Positions 50,227 to 62,432 are shown, numbered from the whole stretch's first letter. The stretch: 63,663 bases of DNA, filler included, from Reclinomonas americana ATCC 50394 (GCA_048213135.1; 17 parts of 17 records of this genome joined end to end with filler, not necessarily neighbours in it); one strand, 5' to 3'. Notes: generated by a model from the letters alone, not told the origin. Numbers and translations: made by a program.

Positions 50227-51519
50227 TTATTTCTCGTCAGCAATGAGTTGGCGTAGTTCGGCGCGGAGCGCCCTTTGCATGTTCAAGCGCTCCTCTGCCA
50301 ACCGCTGCTCCAACTTCCGGGCAAGTTTCTCTTCGACCTCCTGCTGCACCTGCTGCGTGACCACGCGCTCCTCCGCCAGCCGCTTTTGCACTTCCTCCTC
50401 CAGTCGCTGCTGTGCGGTCAAACGCTCCTCGGCCAGCTGCTGCTGAAGTTCTTCAGTGGCATGACGTCTGGCCTCGGCAAGCTTCTCCTCGACCGCTTCA
50501 AGTTTCTGCTGCGTGATCCTCCGTTCTTCTTCCAGCCGCTTTTGCACTTCCGCTTCAACCCGTTGCTGAACCTCCTTCTCCAGTCGCTGCTTCGCGGCCA
50601 CACGCTCCTTGGCCAATCGCTCGTCGAGCTCCTCGGCATCACGGCGACTCTCCTCCGCCAGCCTCGCTTCGACCTCCTCCTCCAACCGCTCGCGGAATCG
50701 CTTCTCTCGCTGCACCATCATGGCCTGCTGATCGCGAATGGCCTCCACAAGAACGGCAACCACAGGGCCGTAGTCCACCTTCTTGAATCGCTCTCCGCGA
50801 ACACCAGTCACCTCCGTCACCAACTCCGGGAACAGCTGCTCGAGCTCCTGCGCAATGAAACCGATGGCAGAGCTTCCGGCAGTCTTGCCAAAGGCACGAG
50901 ACATCTGCAAGTTGTTGGGCACGGTAAGCGCAAGTGAACGGAAAAAATAAGCACCGTGGACGGAAGGATGCAACACAAACCTCATTCCACTCGTATCGAC
51001 GACCCTGCAGACGCAGAACCACGGAGAGTGCATTCTCAATGGGCCGCACATTAGACTTGAGTTTCGCGTCCGACATGTTGGCAGTGACCACGAAATTCGC
51101 CGCACTGCTTGTGCGATACACGAGCTGCGTTATCGAAGAAGATGAGAAGGAGATTACACAGGAAACCATTGATGCGAAAAAATACAACACGTAACATTAT
51201 TGCCATCAAAGAACACTGTGATGCTCCCAGACGGCGGAGTCGGGTTGCTCGAATTCGTACTCAGCGTCACAAAGCTCGTGGAGACACTCGACCCAGTGCT
51301 GATGCTGCCGCCTTGCAGAGATCCAGCGGTCGTCACACTGCCGCTGCTGATCACACCGAAGGTGCTGACTGAACTGCTCTGCAGTGTACCGACCGTCGTC
51401 ACACTGCCGCCGCTTATCACACCGAATGTGCTGACTGAGCCGCTTTGCAATGTGCCCACTGTCGTCAAGCTGCCGCCACTGATCACACCAAACGTGCTCA
51501 GCGATCCGCTCTCCAGTGT
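50227..51519 (-). CDS. Fibre-like protein: 22-aa Gly/Ser/Thr repeats, peptidase S74 intramolecular chaperone domain, long coiled coil (spliced, 5' incomplete)
   Basis: MSDAKLKSNVRPIENALSVVLRLQGRRYEWNE/..IGFIAQELEQLFPELV..KKVDYGPVVAVLVEAIRDQQ; 66-bp repeat period; two GT-AG introns. Confidence 0.88.
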
Positions 51520-51619
51520 NNNNNNNNNNNNNNNNNNNNNNNNNNNNNNNNNNNNNNNNNNNNTTAATTAATTAANNNNNNNNNNNNNNNNNNNNNNNNN
51601 NNNNNNNNNNNNNNNNNNN

Positions 51620-54600
51620 CTCAGTTGCAAGCTTGTCATCGTGCGCACTTGGTGGCAATTGCCATTGCATTTGAAGTCGGTCATCCTTGAGGATGGCATC
51701 ATACGATCGGCGAAGGAAAGCAGTCAAAGCTCCACACCACAGTCTCAAAGACTTGGGAAACTGGTGTGCCATGCCAGCTGTGAGATCCGCCGACTGCGCT
51801 ACGCCGATCTGATGCTTGATTTCTGCAAAAATGTTTGCTGCGCGAATTATCATCATATCAATAGGGTGAACAACGACGCACGGGGAAAAATGCAAGTCGA
51901 CACAAGACGCGACGAACCAGTGCCAGTCTGCAGTTGGACTACCTCGTTCAACTCTGGAGAGCTCACTCGCAGCAGGTGAACGGACCACATAATCGCTCCC
52001 ATCAGTCTCTCCAGTGCGGCCAAGATCGCCACGTGCTTCACGCCGGTCGAGTCCGCTGTCTGTGCGCGTGTAATCACGTAGTCGAGCGCGATCGGTGTGA
52101 CGTCAACCAAGAACGCCAACAGCTGAGGCACATTCTCCAAGTGCGGATCCGGAGCTGGAACAGCAGAGCTGGAGCTGGAGATGAGCTCGCCCAGCACGGA
52201 GACCGCTTCGGCCAGCTCTGGCTCCAACAAATGTGGCTGTTCTCGACTGTCGTCGCTCTTGCCCAAGTTCAGCAAGGTCGTGAATAGCTCGAAATTGTTG
52301 TCCAACTCGGCAAGCATCGAGATAATGGCATGCAGAGAGCGGCCCAGTTTTCTGACTGCCTCTCCCGTGGTGCCCTCAGCACCGGTGCCCCCGTCGGCAG
52401 CTGTGGCATCCACGAGCCGGTGCAAAACGTCAGCTCCAGCCGCCGCCAAGTGCGCCGACATATCTCGATACTGCGCCAGCACTGTGCACAGCGAGTGCGA
52501 ATCAGCACCACTGTCGCCGCTCTCGTAGTGTCGTCCGTCCATGCCGCTCCCACTGTCACTCCCGCCACCAGAGTTCAAGTGCTGCAAAATGTGACGCAAA
52601 GCGCGCAGCTCACGCTTGCGCGAATTACTCGCAACTCTGGCCGGTGTGCCTGCATGCAGTCCAGTCGTAAGGAAGAATCGGTACAACGGTGCAACTTCGC
52701 TGGGATGTACCTTGAAACACGCGACACAAGGCCGACGCGACAGCATTTGCGGAGGCCGAGGTGGTCGACGTGAACACGAGTGGTGCCCATTGGACCAAGA
52801 ACAGCTTGCAGTCGTCTTGCCACAATGCCGTTGGCGGTGCCCGACGACAATCGATGAGAGCGATGTGGGGTGTAACGCTGCTGGATGACCCGGAACTAGA
52901 GGAAGCGCCTCCTGCAGCTGCGGCCGCAGTGCGGGTCGAACTGGTCACCACCGCCTTGTGCAAGCTCAGGACGGACAGTGCCAGGTTCACATCGATCGCG
53001 CCTCGCTCAGCGCGAAGGCAATCAAGCTTGTCAGCATCGCAACGAGCTGACTGCTGCAGGTCGGAAATCGCCTGCTTCGCAAACAGCCTCACGTTGTCCT
53101 TGCTGGATCCATTGGAAACAATGCCGGCAGTAAGAACACAGAGAGAGAGAGAGAACGCGCGCACCAAGAGCAAAGCACAGTGACGCACATCAATCGTTTG
53201 GCAACATCATCAGGCCCCGTATCGTCGAGGACCTTCAGCAACAAGAGATCCAGCGCCTCGCAATCGGTGTCACGGTCGGCCAGGGTCGCCGCTGCACGGT
53301 GCGAGAAGTACGCCCTGGAAGAACGAGCGGTCGCCAATGCGTTTGCTATGGCAGCAAAAAATGTTCGCAGGGCTGGAAAAGCAAAACAACGCACTCAATC
53401 AGTGATGGAAGTATGATTGGTGCACAAGTTTCTCACCAGCGAGTGCGGTCTTCTCGGTCTTCGTCAATGTGACGCGGGGGGCCGATGCAGTTGAGTCTGT
53501 CACGGTCGCGGTCGGCGCAGCTGCTGTGGGCACTGCGGCCGGTGCAGTGTTCCNNNNNNNNNNNNNNNNNNNNNNNNNNNNNNNNNNNNNNNNNNNNTTA
53601 ATTAATTAANNNNNNNNNNNNNNNNNNNNNNNNNNNNNNNNNNNNNNNNNNNNCGTTTCGAGCACCAGCAGAGTCGGAGCTGGTCCACTCCCGCTTGCTG
53701 GCCGATACCAGCTCGTATGCCTGGTTCATGAGACGCTTTGCTCGTTGCCACTTTGACTCAGGCTTTTGTTTCTCTTGCTCCGCCGTCTCCTGTTTACATC
53801 AGAGGATGAGCGAGATGCAGGAGGGAGAGTGAGTGAGAGAAGCGATAGCTGGCACATACCGTTTGTGCCAAAGGTCGCTTTCCCTTCTGCTTTCGTAACG
53901 ACTGAGCGGGTGGTGGTGCTGCTGCTGTGGGCACGGTCGCCGGTGGCTCTTCCTCCGTGCTGGCGCTGGCCGACTGCGAACAGAGATTTAAGAGCAAAGA
54001 AATGCACAGAGAGAGAGAGAAAGCAAGGATATAGAGGCGACACACCTCGCCAGATTCAGTGCGCTTCTTCTTGGTCGCAGGCTGACTCGTGTCCACTTGC
54101 TCCTGCTGCTTCGAGTACACCATCTTGGCATGGAACGCAGCGAAAAGGTCCAATTCAACCTTGTTGCGAGAAGTGGAGGCCTCGGCGAAACGTGCCAGCA
54201 TCTGCGAAAACCGAGTAAACACAACGGTGGCACCGAAATGAGAAAATGAAAAGAATGAGAAGCAAGAACGCATCCACCACTCTCCCCTCTTTGCTCTTGT
54301 TCTCTCTGTCTCTATCCCCCCACTTCCGCACCTGAACTCCGTACAACAGCTCGCAGACAGCGTCGTCTGTGATTACGACGTTCTTTCGAGATGCAGCATG
54401 CCCGACGTTCGTGGAGTCACTCACGTATGCGACTACTTGCTGCTTCCTGTTCGAATGATGTAGTTGATTGAAAGCGCGGTTGTGAAGGCGTGATGAAGAG
54501 GAGGTCAGATTGCGGGCCGCACGAGACGCCACGCTGAGCACAGAATATGGTTAACCACTGATGTACGGCCGGCCCACAACACCGCCAGCGCGAACCTGAT

Positions 54601-55520
54601 GTTGATGAAGTCGAGAACCGGTACAACTGCCGTGCTGCGGCCAAGGACGCTCGCTCTGCGTCGCAGGGCCGTGCCGTCCACAGTCACCTCAAAAACTAGC
54701 TCCTGATTGCAGTCACTCACGGCCATCAGCTGTTGCGCACTGCCACGCCTCACTCGCAAGTCAAGTTGATTCTGCAACAGGCTGCAAAAAGCAGAAGAAA
54801 ACATGAGCGAGTGGGAGAGTAAAGTGGGGGGAAATGAGGAGAACTCACAGCACGTCGCCCTCCGCCGTGGTGGTCACAGTGGATGCGGGAATTGCAGTGG
54901 TCAGATTGATTTTTTCGCTTCCCAAGTGGAAATTCATGTCGGATTCGTACGTCGGAATGCCCGCACTGCGATATAGGAGAGTTAGAAGAGCACGTGTAAC
55001 AGGGAATACACGCAGTCGAAAATTTAAACTCACCGCCGACCCGACTTGGCAGCAGTTTTCGCGGCTGCAATCACCCGGGAAACAAACTGTTGGGCAAACA
55101 GGTGGGCCCTGCTCATGTCGAAGTAAAACGCGGTACACTTGTGCACCGGGACAGGCTTGCATGCCCTGCCAACAAGAAGCCATTAATTGCAGTGAGTGTT
55201 CAATGGAAGAAAACGCCCACACGTGCAGTACAAGAAACTGAGCTCACCGAGATTGGAGCCCTGTCGACTCCAACGGAAACAAAAATTGTAGCTTCGTATC
55301 GTTGGTAGGTCCGGCCTCTTGAATAGCATCACAGATGGACTGCATGATATCACGACACAGAGGGGGCATGGCAGCAACGACTGCGGGGAATCCAGACTCG
55401 GGATGTCGAAGTGCCGTGACCATGCGTGAGAGGATGGCGCTGTTGTTTCCCTCTCGGAGGAAAATGGCGACACTGCACGCCTGAAACACGTCGTTCGGCG
55501 TGCACAGTTCCACGATCAGC
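51620..55520 (-). CDS. Large hypothetical multi-exon protein(s) across two contigs
   Basis: Long GC3-rich exon-like minus-strand blocks (e.g. 51853-52746, 52900-53400, 54845-55520) with splice signals; no family recognised. Confidence 0.4.
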
Positions 55521-55816
55521 TACGCAGCACGCGAGTAGCTGAAGTGAGTGGAAATATCGAAACGGACGGAGTGAAGGGGTAAAGGGAAGGGAGAGAGGGA
55601 AGGGGAATAAGTGGGAAAAGGGGAAAAGCGAAGTGGGAAACGGGAAGGGGAAGAGGGAAGGGGGAGGGGAAAGAGGGAAGGGGAGGGGAAGGGGAAGGAG
55701 GGGGAAGGAGGGAGGANNNNNNNNNNNNNNNNNNNNNNNNNNNNNNNNNNNNNNNNNNNNTTAATTAATTAANNNNNNNNNNNNNNNNNNNNNNNNNNNN
55801 NNNNNNNNNNNNNNNN

Positions 55817-56113
55817 CCGCAAGTTGGTGAAGTATGCCGAGCTGGTGGAGAAGATCCGAACACACACTGAAGCGGTGGTTACGAACGTGCCGATTGTTTT
55901 CACCCAAGTTGGATCGTGCGCGCAGACTACCCGGGCGTCGTTGAAGAAGATGGGCATCGAGAGCGGCCAATTGCGCCGAGTGGTGGACAGGTGCGCGTGG
56001 AGATCTTGCGGGCGGACTATGCGATGTTCGCTTTCCGCTGTACTGGTGGCAACCAGGCTCAAGCAAACAACCTCCCACCCGCAGCAGCTGCGCCGCAGCC
56101 TCAGGGCAACTAG
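55817..56113 (+). mobile_element. 3' end of a second RLE-type non-LTR retrotransposon ORF (one frameshift near 55995)
   Basis: RKLVKYAELVEKIR..VPIVFTQVGS..LKKMGI..LRRVVDRC / VEILRADYAMFAFRC aligns with the neighbour's KKAKYDSLVKAIK..LPVTSIGT..LRRLGV..ISRLCTTSLRTSYSMFVQRC. Confidence 0.75.
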
Positions 56114-56455
56114 AACCATCGCGTCGCTACTGCAGCACCCAGCTTCAACGAGTTCAGCGTCTGCGTAGGCCGTTGACACCATTTGCGCCACGTAGAATAA
56201 TACAAACTTCACTGATTCGTACACCAGTGATCGCCAACAAGTCTCGTGTGCTTTCCTTCTACAACTAATACTGTTTTAAGTGGGTTGTTGATGTTGAGAA
56301 TAAAGCCCTATTCAGGACACACGGCCTCCAGGCCAGGAAGAAGACTTCGTCAGCAGTGACCACCAGAAGACGTCCATCGCGGTAACTACGAAGAAGACAA
56401 AGAAAAATTGATCATATCAAGAAGAACAGTGGGGCAAGCATTGGGAAACTGTTAC

Positions 56456-58468
56456 TCACACCACGCCCCCATGAACAGGTTGCACTCCGGCCTGAACCTG
56501 TGCACCACCCACTCCCTTGCATCGTTGGACAAACATCGAGTAACTTGTACGTAAGCTTGTCGTGCAAAGGCGAGAGATGCACTGGCGGACGTTGCGCACG
56601 CCGAGACGACGGAGGCCAGTCGACACCAAGGCCGATGCCGTGCCAATCGAGGTCACAGGGAGCACCACCAGCTCAACCTTGACCTGATCGCCGACCTTCT
56701 GCTTGATGGCCTTGACCAATGAGTCGTACTTGGCCTTCTTGCCGTTGACAGCAGACTTGACCGAGTCCTTGTTGGCGAAGGGGCACGTCAGCTCCACCAC
56801 CTGGACCGAGCAGATCTCACCAGTCCCCTCTCTGGTGTGCACCAGGGTGAGGTCCGGCTTGAGCCTGGCCAGGTTGGCGTGGTCGGCAAAGTCCACCACC
56901 ACAGGCAGCAAGCCAATGTCGACACGCTCGCGCACCAGCAGCTGGCACGCCACGTCCACCTTGGAGCGCCGCACCAGAGCCGCTTGCAGGACGTCAAGCA
57001 CGTTGTCGTGGCGCGTCGTCCACAAGCCCTTCAGCTTTTCACAGCCGTTGTGCAAGTGGCCGAGCGACTCCGGCTCCTTGCCACAGAGTGGGCACAGCGA
57101 GGCAGGGCCACCAGGGTTGCCGCTGAAGACCGCCGCCTTGTTGTTGAGCACGACGGAGTTGGACCGCATCTTGCACAGGAAGCGCTGCTCCTTCTCGCTG
57201 ATACCGTTGCCCTGAGCCACCACGTCATGGGTTCCAGCAGCAGCCTTCTGCTGAGAGTCGACAAAGGCACCACACTTTCGCAAGGCCTTCCAGCTCACAA
57301 TGTGGCGCTTGGAGTAGAAGTGTGACATCGCAGGCAAAAAGCGAGAGGCAAAGGGAAACACAACACCACCGTCAGCCAGCCGTCCGACCACCAGCGGAGG
57401 CTGACCAGTAGCAGCAGCCGGATGCACCTCCACACTGACACCCAACTTCAGAGCGTGCCCGAGAGCAACACCCATCAGATTGGAGCGAACAGCGCGGCGA
57501 GGGGCATTCGGATCAGTGGCCACTTGAAATCGAGTACCTGCACCAGGAGCAACCGCAGCAGCACCAGCCGGAGGAGCAACAGGAGACAGCAACACAGAGA
57601 AATACCGCTGAGGTGTGGCAACTGGCAGCTGTTGGCGATTGACGTCTGTGGCCTCGTTTGTCTGTGCCGGTACTTGGCCACCAAACCAGCAGTCGGCAAC
57701 GGCGAGAAGTCGTCAACGCGACCACCGGCCGCCTTCACCGAGCAGTGGAGCATGTGCTCCGCCACAGAGTACAGGCCGAGACCACCTTTCGACAGCGGAG
57801 TGTAGAGGAAGGGTGTGCCGGAGTCGTTGGCGAGGCCAAGGCAGAGTCGGATGCTGTCGCGGATCTTGCGGTCGAATCTGCCGAGCACGTCCGGGTGGAG
57901 CTCCACCGCCGACATGACAAAGGTGGCCTTGGTGAGGACGAAGCGGCGAACGGCATCCACCTTCTGGAGCGGCAACAGCGACGACTGCTTGATGGCCTTG
58001 ATCGGAGTGAAGAGCTGCTTCTCCAGCATCTCCGCCACTTGCTTCTTCGCCTCACTTGTACGAGTCGGTGAGTAGAACGGGTAGCCAAGCCAACGATCGC
58101 ACTCAGTGACAGCTGCAGATGACATGGATCGCAACGCAGTGCCAGCCATCAGCAGCTCGGGATCGAACTCCTCCGCCACGCAAAGTTCTGCGCCTGCATT
58201 GGACCAGTCGGCTTGTTCCGAGTACGCAGCGCCAGCACCAATGACTTCTGCGGGTTGTCGGCAATGCCAGACCACTCGGCCAAACGCTTGGACAGATCCA
58301 GGACCAGCTGCGCCTCACAAGAACGGAAGACACCACCACGTGACGATCATCGGCAAAGGCAGAAACACACACACGAATGTCGGAATCACAGAAAGAGTAA
58401 CCAACACGAAGGGCGCGAACGCCACGAATGAACACAGATGCCATGACATTGTAGACAAAATTTAAATT
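56456..58468 (-). mobile_element. Non-LTR retrotransposon of the R2/NeSL group: RT C-terminal part, CCHC knuckle and restriction-like endonuclease; frameshifted, 5' cut by gap
   Basis: SAFADD (about 58346-58363), WLGYPF, LLPLQKVDAVRRFVL..LYTPLSKGGLGL, CPLCGKEPESLGHLHNGC, RHDNVL, KPDL..VELTCPF, KAKY. Confidence 0.92.
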
Positions 58469-58672
58469 NNNNNNNNNNNNNNNNNNNNNNNNNNNNNNNN
58501 NNNNNNNNNNNNTTAATTAATTAANNNNNNNNNNNNNNNNNNNNNNNNNNNNNNNNNNNNNNNNNNNNCTAGATTAACTCTGGGAGGCGCGAGGAGGAGA
58601 GAGAGAGAGAGAGAGAGGAACAAAGGGAGAAAGGAATCATTCTCGTAGCCTTAATTCTCGATTGGTGTGCAG

Positions 58673-59159
58673 TGAGGAGACAGAAAACTTCATCAACGGA
58701 GAGTCCGGCGCCAAGGCGGGCGAACCGGCGGCCAAGGTCATCACGGTCAGTTGGCATCTTGCAGAATGCAGCTGTGATCTGTTGGGTGATTTCATTGACG
58801 CCTATGGCGCACAGGTACAAACCGACTTGTACAAGCTGGTCAAGCAGCGTGCCGACGACGAGTTCGGTGGTGACGAACGAGCCGCCATTCGTGCCATGAG
58901 CGACGCCGATCCATCTCGTCGCATCGCCGTGCTACGCATTCGCGCCGCCTCCGGCCAGCAGTCGCTCATTCTCCACTTGTACAACACCGACACGGTCGGC
59001 GACGTCCGCCGCTGCGTCGACCGACACCGCGGCACACGTACACCGTACGAGCTGCGCACCAGCTATCCACCTCGCGCCTACGATGACCCCACCGAGTCAC
59101 TCGAGGCAGCCGGTCTTGTCCCCTCTGCACTGCTGCTGATCAAGTCACTGACGGAGTAG
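58673..59159 (+). CDS. UBX-domain protein C-terminus (UBXN11-like)
   Basis: IAVLRIRAASGQQSLILHLYNTDTVGDVRRCVD..YELRTSYPPRAYDDPTESLEAAGLVPSALLL. Confidence 0.8.
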
Positions 59160-60188
59160 AGTGAATGAACGTGGTGTCCGTCGGTCCTTCGATATCTTTC
59201 CACATACGTACAATGGTGTGCCAGTGAGCCCGTCGCTGCGCGTTATGTACATGCAGTCCTCACACACACGCCACACAGAGCGAAGACGGATGGAGTGAGC
59301 GAGCGCGCGCGACACGCCTGGAGCACGAAAACGCCCATCTGCGCACGGAAATCTCCGAGCTGCGCGCTCTGCTCGCCGCCGAGCGCCTGCGTGCCGACTC
59401 CACCATGAACATGTGGGAGGTACAACGACAGGCGTTCCACGAGCTGGCCGAGCGATTGGAGCGCGCCGAGTGGGCACGTGATCAAGTTACGAAGGATGTA
59501 CAGACCGCACTTGTCTCTTCGCTCTCTCATGCTGTACGGTAGCTGCGTGAGGCACTGCGTCATGAGAAGCAGCGGCATGCCAATGGTGGACTGTTGTCGC
59601 TTCCACCGAGCGTGGAGCCTCGAGTTCGGATGAATCAACATACAACGGCGGGAGAAGGAGAAGGAGAGAGCAGTAGTCCGCCTCCGGCTGTGGAGTTCCG
59701 TCGGCATCGTTGAGCATTTCGCACGCGCGCGCGCATGGAGCAGCAGCAGCAGAAGGGGGAGCACGCGTGTGATGAGGCGCGAAAGGCGTTGCAGGTGTGT
59801 GTNNNNNNNNNNNNNNNNNNNNNNNNNNNNNNNNNNNNNNNNNNNNTTAATTAATTAANNNNNNNNNNNNNNNNNNNNNNNNNNNNNNNNNNNNNNNNNN
59901 NNACCTTTGCATTTCAAGTTCTCCACCGCGTCTCATTTCCCGACTGCATGCAGGAGGCCAACAGAGCAGCCGCCAACAAGACATGACTGTGTCGCCACAG
60001 ATTGCCTACACTTGTCGCAATAAAACGCCAAGCGTACCAGCAGCGCTGTTTATGTGCATTTGTTGAAGCGATCTCTCCGCTCGTCCAGGTATCTTCATCC
60101 CCCCCTGCATTGTGCGTGATCATCTTCACATCTTCACTCATACACCAAATGCAGCAGGTGAAAGTCAAGCAACGAGAACCGCGGCGGC

Positions 60189-61313
60189 TTAGATTGCTGA
60201 CAAATCAAATAGCCGCTTCAGACGGAGCTTCTTGCCGTTCCGCTCCACATCCATGGTCTCGTCGGCCTGCATGGCGTCAAACAATCCCACCAACTCGTCG
60301 GCCAGCTCGCCCACCACACTGGCTTCTGCAGCGATCGAGTCGCGGAAGCTGCGTCGGTCGAATCCGCACAGCACGACGTCTGGTACGTCGGCGGCATGCT
60401 CGACAGCCCACTCGTACGTCGACAGAGCCTCCTTCAGCAGCAGCTTCGCCAGTGGCAGGGGAGCCGCAGCCGGCGTGTCGGCCATCCGCCCATCCTCCAG
60501 CGCGCCGATATGCTCTGTGCGGTCGGTGAACTGGGGTGGCGGAAGTGGAAGGATGGAGTCCAGGATGCGCTGGCTGAGGAATCGACACATGCGTCCGTTC
60601 CCGTCGACAAAGGGATGCAGGTCGACAAAGTAGAACTGGACGGAGGCGGCCAGGGCAAATGTCGCGGCAACGGCTTCCGGCGCCAGTGGATCGGGGTACG
60701 TGGAGGAGATCGACCGTGCCAGCTTGTGCGTGACGCTGCAGAACGACTCCAGGGTCGCGGGGACGATGCTGTGGTGCGGGAAGATGTGCGGCCGGCCGTT
60801 ACGTGCCGTGGTGAAGCTGGTGCCAGAGCGGAACTCCCCCGCCAGATAGCCTGCGAAACCATCACACAGCTCGCGGTGCCATCTCTTGAGCAGGAAGACG
60901 TCAAACGACTGTTCGCGGACCGCCTTGGCCTGCCCGTGTTCTCGAAGCAGCTGCCACGCCTGCATGGTCTCCGCGTACTGGATCTCCATCACCGACGGCG
61001 GTCGCACGCCAGTGCAGATGATGCTCTCGGTCTCGTCCGGTTCATCCGTGCCCGCGGACTCGATCCTGTTGCTGGCAAAGACAAAACGCGCCACCGTCTT
61101 GCGTACGAGCACTGTGTGAACAGCAGAGTGCGTTTCTCGCAGCTCCTCGTAGCGCCTCAGCAGCTGAGAGAGCGCTTGCGCCTCCTCCAACAGGTCCGAG
61201 GCGAACGCAAGGCATGTGGACAGGGCGACGTCGCCGCCCACAGCAGTCAGCGTGCGCGAGAACGCGCAGTGTGTAGGGCCGATATCCAGACAGGCAGCAA
61301 GAGTTGAGTTCAT
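60189..61313 (-). CDS. Intronless Fic/Doc-domain protein (putative AMPylase)
   Basis: Canonical HPFVDGNGRMCR, upstream GEFR and SNRIES helix; first in-frame ATG at 61313. Confidence 0.9.
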   Translation of the reverse strand: MNSTLAACLDIGPTHCAFSRTLTAVGGDVALSTCLAFASDLLEEAQALSQLLRRYEELRETHSAVHTVLVRKTVARFVFASNRIESAGTDEPDETESIICTGVRPPSVMEIQYAETMQAWQLLREHGQAKAVREQSFDVFLLKRWHRELCDGFAGYLAGEFRSGTSFTTARNGRPHIFPHHSIVPATLESFCSVTHKLARSISSTYPDPLAPEAVAATFALAASVQFYFVDLHPFVDGNGRMCRFLSQRILDSILPLPPPQFTDRTEHIGALEDGRMADTPAAAPLPLAKLLLKEALSTYEWAVEHAADVPDVVLCGFDRRSFRDSIAAEASVVGELADELVGLFDAMQADETMDVERNGKKLRLKRLFDLSAI

Positions 61314-61469
61314 GGATGCTGAAGCCTGCAACAATACAGAGGGGAACCAGTTGGAGAGAGCATCAGTGATCTGAGTGGCACTCTTCAACGCACGTCAGAC
61401 ATGCTCTCGCTGCTGTGTAAGGTGTGGCGCGACGAGATATCGAATGACGAAAATTGAACTTCAAGTCAT

Positions 61470-61791
61470 CTTGTGTCGACCACAGCACCCGTCTCGTGTG
61501 GGTTTTCGTATTTTTCGAGGTACGCCAGTGGCTCCGCTACAGGCCAGAACCCGTCACACATCCGCTGCTACGTGGGAAGGTCGGGCCTATGCGCAGTGCC
61601 GTCGCTGGTAAAATCACGAAATATCGATGTTCTTGTGTCGATCACGGCGGTCGATGCCACTCGCCTCCCGCAAGGTTCCGTATTTTTCGAGGTGCCTCAA
61701 CCTGCCGGCTACCAAATGGTACCCATCACATAACTTCTGCTACGCGGGAAGGTCGGGGCTTATGCGGAACGCCGTCGCGGGTGCAAATCAC
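61470..61791. repeat. Two diverged tandem copies of a roughly 150-160-bp complex element (61470-61618 and 61631-61791)
   Basis: Shared blocks TCTTGTGTCGA.CAC, CGTATTTTTCGAGGT, GCTACG.GGGAAGGTCGGG, TATGCG, GCCGTCGC.GGT and AAATCAC. Confidence 0.8.
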
Positions 61792-62004
61792 TCATTTCAC
61801 ACACCTCTCCCGCTCTGTTTCGTTTCCTGGTGCTTACAGCAGCTCATTCGACTCCTCTCTCAGCGCGTCATCTAGTGCACAGACGCAAACTGTCTCACGA
61901 GACATACAGTGAACGCAGTTGACTTTTCTCTCCACAAGCATGAGAAACGCGGACTTTCATTCTCTTGTCTCCGAGCCTGTCCTCGCTTTTTCTCTCACAA
62001 CACA

Positions 62005-62432
62005 ATGTCGGAGCTTGCATGGGCCGCGCTCATCGGTCTCTGTGGTGCCGGAGTTGCCGTCTCAGCATACGGCCTGCACTTTCAAGTTTCGCCTCACTCC
62101 TCATCTCCGCTTGCGCCGCACTCTCACTCACACACACTCCTGCAGCTCACACACAAGCAGGAGGCCGACTCACAAGCGAGCAGCATGAACGGCGACAGTC
62201 TCATGTGCGATCGCCGAGGCTTTTGCGGCGAAGTCTTGCTCAGTGACAAAGGCAAGATTGACACCTCCCTCCCTCTCTCTTCCCCTTTGCCTCCCTCCCT
62301 CTCTCTCTCTCTCTCTCTCTGAGGAGACACTAACACGTGTTCCTCGTGACAGGCAAGTTGCTGCCGTTTGTGCCCAACACCGCCCTCGGCATCGTCTTTT
62401 ACTCGGTGCTCCCAGTGCTCATGGGACTGCAG
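62005..62432 (+). CDS. Vitamin K epoxide reductase (VKOR) family protein, 5' exons
   Basis: GLCGAGVAVSAYGLH..MCDRRGFCGEVLLSDKG/KLLPFVPNTALGIVFY, matching the VKOR loop cysteine pair and NxxxGxxFY motif. Confidence 0.75.

Noticed and set aside
56114..56455. Possible rRNA/snRNA/SL-RNA target between the two retroelements
   Set aside because: No recognisable U2, rRNA, tRNA or spliced-leader sequence on either strand by eye.
59145..59764. Probable spliced minus-strand gene end converging on the UBX gene
   Set aside because: Frame and product could not be resolved well enough to list as a feature.
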